Source: Eukaryota sp. TZLM1-RC | Lineage: Eukaryota; Protista; Metamonada: BaSk clade | Assembly (NCBI GenBank): GCA_040285825.1 | Contig: JAUPSS010000004.1 | Coordinates: 5,113,784 to 5,177,783, forward strand | Reading direction: 5' to 3' | DNA: 64,000 nucleotides | Shown here: positions 58,266-64,000 of the stretch, piece after piece | Layout of the letters: the number at the start of each line of letters is the position of its first letter | Position numbering within the stretch: the stretch's first letter is position 1 | Program-made: the position numbers and the translations under genes | Notes under the pieces: generated by a model | The model's input: only the letters and a program-made list of their open reading frames with translations | Told to the model about the DNA's origin: nothing | Database searches by the model: none

Positions 58266-58777
58266 GTACGATTTATTTATTTGATTTGCTTTTCTATTTC
58301 TAATAGAAGTGTTATTAGTGAGCAGCAAGGCAATCTACTATTAATTAATACAATTTGGGTCCTCAAAGTGTTACACTTTTGGAAGAATTTGTAATCAGCG
58401 CGGACATGATGTGCTGGTTGTCTAGCTTATTACAGTATGTAATAAGTATGGTTTGTGCTATTCTTTCGAAGAAAGGATGATGGAATTTACTAATTTAGAG
58501 CCTTATAGGAAGGTATTGACTGTCATCCCGGAAGAAAAGACCGGGAAAATTCAATATGAATGTGAATTAGTTTGGGTCTTATTGTAAACAAGGTCGTTGG
58601 TGTAAAAGATCATCAGAAGTCATCAGAAGTTATCAGCAGTTGATAAGTTACAAAAATGGGGGATATTACGAATAATTTAAAAATAATAAATAAAAAATTA
58701 ACTACAATTTATGCTGTTGATTATATAAATAAAAGACTAAATACTATACGACAAAAAAATGATAAAACTAAAACGAA

Positions 58778-61700
58778 CTACATTGACCTTGACATGTTTT
58801 CTGCCACTTTTTTAACAATGTCGGTATGATTTTTCAATGGTAACATTTTGGAAATCCGGTGTTTCAATTCACACAGTGGTAAAATTTCGAGAAACCTACA
58901 AAGATTATTAGGATCAATAAAGGAACCGTACAAATCAAGGAAATTAAATAAAGACTGAGAGGAAAATAATTCAAAATACAGCGGAATTTGGGCAAAGACA
59001 GAATTAACAAACTCTATAACAGTCTCCTTTTGGAAAATTTGAGATTCAGTTGTAGCTAGACTTGAAATTTGGTTTGAGGATAGAATCGAGAAGAGCTGAT
59101 GAATGATTTCTGATTTAAAAGTAGCGACTTTCGGGAAATTTTCCATTATTGAAACAAAAATGGTCATAATTTGGCTAAAATTTGGAATACCTACTTCCTG
59201 ACAAAAGATGAACTTCCAAATAGCAAAATACAAATCTATATAGTCAAAATGATCTGATAAAAAATTTGAAATTTGTGATAAAAATGAACAAACAGAAATT
59301 AAAATGAAATGACAATGTTCAAAAGCCAAATTTTTAATCGCCAAGAATAAAGAGCTCAACAAAAGCTCAAAATGTGTCTTGTCAAATATTGGTAACAAAT
59401 CCGTCAACACTGCCAAAATTCCATATTCTTCTATTGACTTCTGCGGAAACTGAGCTAAACAAGTTAAAATAGTCTTGAAAGAACTTGAATTTACACGTTG
59501 ATTACGCAATGATACTGAAATTTCTGAAAAAGATGAAGTAACTATAAGATGACGTGTGAAAAGATCAAATTCCTTCAAAGTGACGAGTGATGATGTGGCA
59601 AGGTCAAAACCAAAATTTTGGGAGATTTTGACAAGGCTCACGTCAGAACTTCCATTATTTAAGAAGTGTAGAATTGAAAACGGATTGGACTGCGAGAAAA
59701 AGGCAGTTTTGGTAATAAATTTGGTCGCAAAATTGGTTAATTTTGAGTATTCTGAAAACGTCAGCAAGGTCAAAATCATGCTCACTGATGAAGTGACTAG
59801 TGGCGAAAGCCATTGACCAGGTTCAGAAACAGAATCTTTTAGAGCGGTCAATAAAGGGAAAACTGATGAAACAATCAAATTTTCTGTTGAACTCTCAAGA
59901 CTATTTGTAAATATTGCAGAAATTGAATAGACCAAAGCCCTTAATTCAGGGTTATTGGAAGATAAAAGCTTCAACAGTAAAGCTAATATTCCTTTTTTAA
60001 CCAATTCTGTACAAAGCGTGGTGGCATTTTGGAAATGAATTGCTCCATTTGAGCCAATAATCAAGTGAGATAAACAAGCATAAGTAACAATTGCAAATGT
60101 ATGGGGGTCGGCATAGTTTTGGGGGTCATAAATGGGAGACATTTTAGGACAATCAATCAAATTGATTGGTGATTTGATTGAATTGATGATGTGTTCTTGA
60201 GGAAAAACGTTGACAAGGTCAATAATCCAGTTTGATGGAGATGCCAAGATTTTTAAACCCACAGGGATATGGTCACTAAAACTGGCATCACCAGGACTCG
60301 AACCCGCGACCTCAAGTTTATGGTTTATGTAAAATACAAAATCCAGTGGTGAAAATGAACGAATTTTTTCCATATTGAAATAAATATCACCTATATGAAG
60401 GTAAAATAACATTCTATCAGTATGAGATAAAGTTCCTTTCGAATACTGTAATGGATTCTCAAGTTGACAATAACCCAAAGTTCTGCGTAGATGGTAGAAC
60501 AATTGAGTAATGCCATCTCTGGTATGCTGTGAAGAAAAAAGTTGTTGATATTCTTGAGTCAAGATCAAATTTGACAGAATTTGAGCGGTTGATTTGGATT
60601 CCTGGGCAAAGTAAAAGAGAACTTTAAAAATGACATAAACAATAGTATAATGTGAATTATTAAAAAATTTAAATAAAATGGAAATCAAATCATTCAAAAA
60701 GTCAGACAAATCATTACTGGTATCGACAGAGTTCCCAGCAAGAGCACTCTCAAACAAGGATAAAGCAGATTTCTTTACTTTAATGGAAACATCCTGACTG
60801 TGCAATAAGGATATTAACCCTTTCGGGCAATCAGGTTGATTGATTGATTGCTGGAATAAATAATGTTTTTGAGCTATTGATGACAAGACTTCTGAAGAAA
60901 TCTGACCTTCATGATGTGACAAATATTCCAAAAGTTGGGTAAAACCAAGCAAGCAAACCAATTCACCCACAACGCCATCAACTCTTTCATCATCTACTTC
61001 ATCAATTATACCAGTTAGTTTGTCCAAAACCATTCTGGTCATGGGTTCGAGTCCCGCCGATGACAGATTTTGCTGGGATAAACATTGGGAAATAAAAGGA
61101 AGAAAATCACAGTAAGAGGGTTTAAAAGGAATTTGTTCAACAATGGCAGATAAAAAGGTCATAAATAGGGAAGAGTCAAACAAATTCTGATTGGTGATGA
61201 CATATTTGATAACGTTGGATTGAACTGAGATTTTTGAATACATTCTGACTGTGAAAAACTGCAAAAGTGAATTTAAGATAAACGGCTTGCAATCAATCAA
61301 AAGCGGATTACAACCAGTCACGTGATCAAAGCAATCAAAAATGATTGATTCTTCAAATAGCTGATTGTTGGGCAGTAACAGAGTCACGAGTGATGATATG
61401 ACGTCTAGCTCTTTGCAACTAAAATGTGATTTAATTATTTCAAAAACATCACCATCAAAATTTGAATCACGACAATTATTGATCACTTTTTCAATAATTT
61501 GTAATAAAAATGATTTTGTTTCATTTAATTCGCCCTCAGAAAGACTCGAATTCCTGTCTTCATCCGAAATTCTTCTTTTATTACCGGCAGTAGGAGGAAT
61601 AACAACTTCATTATTATTAAATAAAAACAAATGAGAAAAATCATTCTCAAGTTGTTTTGAATTGATTAAATCGTGAATAACATTAGAAAAAAAGATTTGG

Positions 61701-63703
61701 CCAAAAACAAAAACAATTCTGCGTTCGTCTATAAAACTGTTTGGCTTGGGTAAATTAAATCCCGTAATAAAGGAGGGAATTGCCAACCCACAACTGGGAA
61801 ACGGGCAATCAGAAACGCCTCGCCTGATTAAGAATTGATGGAATTCAGAATCGTTGACGTTAACCAAAATTTTGAAAACATCCAAAATTTCAGAAGTAAC
61901 GTTATGTGAGCTCTTCTTGTCAGTTTCTGATTGACTTAGCTTAGATAGAACAACTTCAACTAATAAATAGTTTTGGAATAAATTTGAATAATCATTAAAA
62001 TTTTGAGTGAAAATTAATGCAAACAAATATTTAGTTTCAGGAGAATTAATAATTAAATACTGAAACCAATTAGAATTAATTAACACTTTACCATCAACTC
62101 GAGAGTTTTTGACTGCCAGACCAAGAATGCGGGCAACTAGTCGTCGTGCGTCAAGCGAAAATGATTGGATTGTGTCATTAACGAAATTTGCAAACGGAAT
62201 TTTGGTATCAAATGGTGACATACTGTTTGACAAGAAGAGCTCACTGTAAAGCGCAAAAATTTTGAGAAAATTAATGCAGTCAGGGTTAGCATTGTCTAAA
62301 TAAGTGAACCTTCTGCCATATAAATTCTGAATATTTGGTAAAAAAGAGTGAAAATTTGACAAATTTTTGATTGTGATCCCAGAAACAACCAAAATTTTTC
62401 GCAACAAGCTCAAAATAGAAATAATAATTTTGAAGCAGAGATCAGTGTTTGAGTGTAATCCTGATTTGATTGATTGAGCATTGATTGATGGCACCTTCAG
62501 TTCCTGGGTGGCTGTTTCAGCTACAACCTTCTTCATACTCTTCACAATTCTTTCAAACAAAACGATTGATATTTTGAACCTATCCGTGCTTTTTGGTGAC
62601 AACTCAGGCCAATTTTCAAGTATGATATTGACCCAATCAAAGGGAATTTGACCGTCATTATAGGAAACCAGACAGTCAATCAAAATCTGATTAATTATAT
62701 CCACTCTCTCACTGTGATCAAGATTACCTTTGATAAGATTAACTAACACAGAAACCACTGAAGGTCCATATCCACGTGGCAGACATGACTTTAAAAGACT
62801 CGTGACGTCATTGATTAATTGAGTATGATCGGGGTCAATGAAAGTCCAGCCGACTAATGACCTGAAGATCGAATTACTAAAATGTGACTGATCCACTTGA
62901 TTGATTAATTTTGATGGCGTTATGACAGTCAGACAGTCAAAAACTGCTTTTAAACAGCAAACATGTTCATTTGAAACATCAAAACTAGCATACTTAATCA
63001 CTAAATTGAGCAAATTAGTATTAATTAAATGACGTGATATGCTTGTATTAAACCGGCAAGTAGGATACAAAACAGAAAGAGTCAAATCAATCAAATATGA
63101 CGTGAGATGAGGGTCAGATTTCTGCTTTGTTTTGGATGATTTAGTATTTTTGACAGATTTATTTCGTTCTTGCTGGGATAATTGGTAGTGTTTAGCGATA
63201 ATAGAACTGCTTTTGGTTAAAATTCTACTAATCATATGAGCAGCTGAGGAAGAATGAATCGATAAACTAGTTAAGTACTTGATGACGGACATTACTAAAG
63301 GATGGTGGGGTTCGTGAAGAGAGTTGAACATACGAGGAAGGGAAGCAAGAGCACGTTTAAGAAGGTGAGGAAAGTTGGGGGTCGTGGAGGATGCATGGAT
63401 AACATAGTGAGCAGAAAGGACGGCTTTACGGAAAACAGGTTCGCGAAAGTTAGCGTGATCGATAATGTTCCAGAGTTCAGCGAATTCAGGGGATGATTCT
63501 AGGATACGGATAAGAAAGGAGGGAGGGTGAATGACTAGTTTGGGTTTCTTTTTGGAGAGGACATTGGTCATGGAAGGTATTTTAGTGGAGGAAAAGAGAT
63601 CTAGAAGTCCATTGACAGCTGTACGTTGAACAGAAGGTTGTCCAGAGAGTCCAGTGAGAACCTTAGAGACAGAGACCTCAGGTTTGGAGTCATCAGTTGT
63701 CAT
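58778..63703 (-). CDS. URB1: Nucleolar pre-ribosomal-associated protein 1 (URB1/Npa1)-like
   Basis: ~1640 aa helical protein; N-terminal LESSPEFAELW and C-terminal YDP...DP.TF, GILALLLKLLSS..PELR..Y, LLTALKDS fit the URB1 pattern. Start assumed at ATG 63703. Confidence 0.65.
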   Translation of the reverse strand: MTTDDSKPEVSVSKVLTGLSGQPSVQRTAVNGLLDLFSSTKIPSMTNVLSKKKPKLVIHPPSFLIRILESSPEFAELWNIIDHANFREPVFRKAVLSAHYVIHASSTTPNFPHLLKRALASLPRMFNSLHEPHHPLVMSVIKYLTSLSIHSSSAAHMISRILTKSSSIIAKHYQLSQQERNKSVKNTKSSKTKQKSDPHLTSYLIDLTLSVLYPTCRFNTSISRHLINTNLLNLVIKYASFDVSNEHVCCLKAVFDCLTVITPSKLINQVDQSHFSNSIFRSLVGWTFIDPDHTQLINDVTSLLKSCLPRGYGPSVVSVLVNLIKGNLDHSERVDIINQILIDCLVSYNDGQIPFDWVNIILENWPELSPKSTDRFKISIVLFERIVKSMKKVVAETATQELKVPSINAQSIKSGLHSNTDLCFKIIISILSLLRKILVVSGITIKNLSNFHSFLPNIQNLYGRRFTYLDNANPDCINFLKIFALYSELFLSNSMSPFDTKIPFANFVNDTIQSFSLDARRLVARILGLAVKNSRVDGKVLINSNWFQYLIINSPETKYLFALIFTQNFNDYSNLFQNYLLVEVVLSKLSQSETDKKSSHNVTSEILDVFKILVNVNDSEFHQFLIRRGVSDCPFPSCGLAIPSFITGFNLPKPNSFIDERRIVFVFGQIFFSNVIHDLINSKQLENDFSHLFLFNNNEVVIPPTAGNKRRISDEDRNSSLSEGELNETKSFLLQIIEKVINNCRDSNFDGDVFEIIKSHFSCKELDVISSLVTLLLPNNQLFEESIIFDCFDHVTGCNPLLIDCKPFILNSLLQFFTVRMYSKISVQSNVIKYVITNQNLFDSSLFMTFLSAIVEQIPFKPSYCDFLPFISQCLSQQNLSSAGLEPMTRMVLDKLTGIIDEVDDERVDGVVGELVCLLGFTQLLEYLSHHEGQISSEVLSSIAQKHYLFQQSINQPDCPKGLISLLHSQDVSIKVKKSALSLFESALAGNSVDTSNDLSDFLNDLISILFKFFNNSHYTIVYVIFKVLFYFAQESKSTAQILSNLILTQEYQQLFSSQHTRDGITQLFYHLRRTLGYCQLENPLQYSKGTLSHTDRMLFYLHIGDIYFNMEKIRSFSPLDFVFYINHKLEVAGSSPGDASFSDHIPVGLKILASPSNWIIDLVNVFPQEHIINSIKSPINLIDCPKMSPIYDPQNYADPHTFAIVTYACLSHLIIGSNGAIHFQNATTLCTELVKKGILALLLKLLSSNNPELRALVYSISAIFTNSLESSTENLIVSSVFPLLTALKDSVSEPGQWLSPLVTSSVSMILTLLTFSEYSKLTNFATKFITKTAFFSQSNPFSILHFLNNGSSDVSLVKISQNFGFDLATSSLVTLKEFDLFTRHLIVTSSFSEISVSLRNQRVNSSSFKTILTCLAQFPQKSIEEYGILAVLTDLLPIFDKTHFELLLSSLFLAIKNLAFEHCHFILISVCSFLSQISNFLSDHFDYIDLYFAIWKFIFCQEVGIPNFSQIMTIFVSIMENFPKVATFKSEIIHQLFSILSSNQISSLATTESQIFQKETVIEFVNSVFAQIPLYFELFSSQSLFNFLDLYGSFIDPNNLCRFLEILPLCELKHRISKMLPLKNHTDIVKKVAENMSRSM

Positions 63704-64000
63704 TGTGGTATTGTTTGGAAGAAGTATTGGTAATGTCTTGTTAATGAATCTAAATTCCTGCAAAATCAATTGAACCATTCTTATGTTCGATAATGATGAA
63801 ATTGAACCCGTTTTCCCTTGTTTAAAGAACAAGTTACCTTTTTAAGTTCATTTATAAACAATAAAGGCTCATAACTGATATTCAGTAAGGTATTTGTGGA
63901 TTTTGTTTGAATGATAACTTTAGTTTTACCAATGAATCTTTCAAGTGCTAATACTCAAATATTATTCCCCTCAATGGAATCTCAAAATCAACATCAACTA

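Noticed and set aside
60280-60315. tRNA-like GAGGTCGCGGGTTCGAGTCC...CCA on the minus strand (and GGTTCGAGTCCC near 61044 on plus)
   Set aside because: Both lie inside the URB1 ORF, and no acceptor stem, D-arm or anticodon arm can be formed upstream.
461-63496. Numerous 60-150 aa ORFs antisense or out of frame to the larger genes and elements
   Set aside because: Shadow ORFs without motifs, many with non-ATG starts.

Overview
AT-rich, compact eukaryotic genomic DNA, probably from a flagellated protist (CFAP91 present, ~31-32 nt introns, standard genetic code; an anaerobic or metamonad-like source is only an inference). Host genes: CFAP91, proline racemase family, a four-domain tandem Nudix-like protein, RPL7, a RELCH-like LisH/HEAT gene, an MJ1316/DUF504 gene, a FERM protein, an At4g15545-like gene, RPS7, an NAD-dependent sugar epimerase and URB1/Npa1. 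They are interleaved with mobile DNA: a near-intact Ty3/gypsy element, a deleted LTR element plus a 3'-LTR fragment, many copies of two CRE/SLACS-like RLE non-LTR families, and a BED-finger/hAT remnant beside a 169-bp inverted repeat. The most notable content is three divergent, disrupted Fanzor1-type (eukaryotic TnpB-family, RNA-guided RuvC) genes within about 23 kb. One of them (30849-33936, minus) reconstructs as a single polyprotein: a 2A/StopGo-like motif (DLTMDGDV*ANPGP), then a PolB-type DEDDy 3'-5' exonuclease whose ExoIII motif is in the same ORF as the Fanzor N-terminus. Two of the three Fanzors have NRN in place of the catalytic RuvC-III NRD. The third keeps D-E-D, has hairpins downstream (candidate omegaRNA) and lies head-to-head with the MJ1316 gene. 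All calls come from manual translation and motif recognition; no searches were run.
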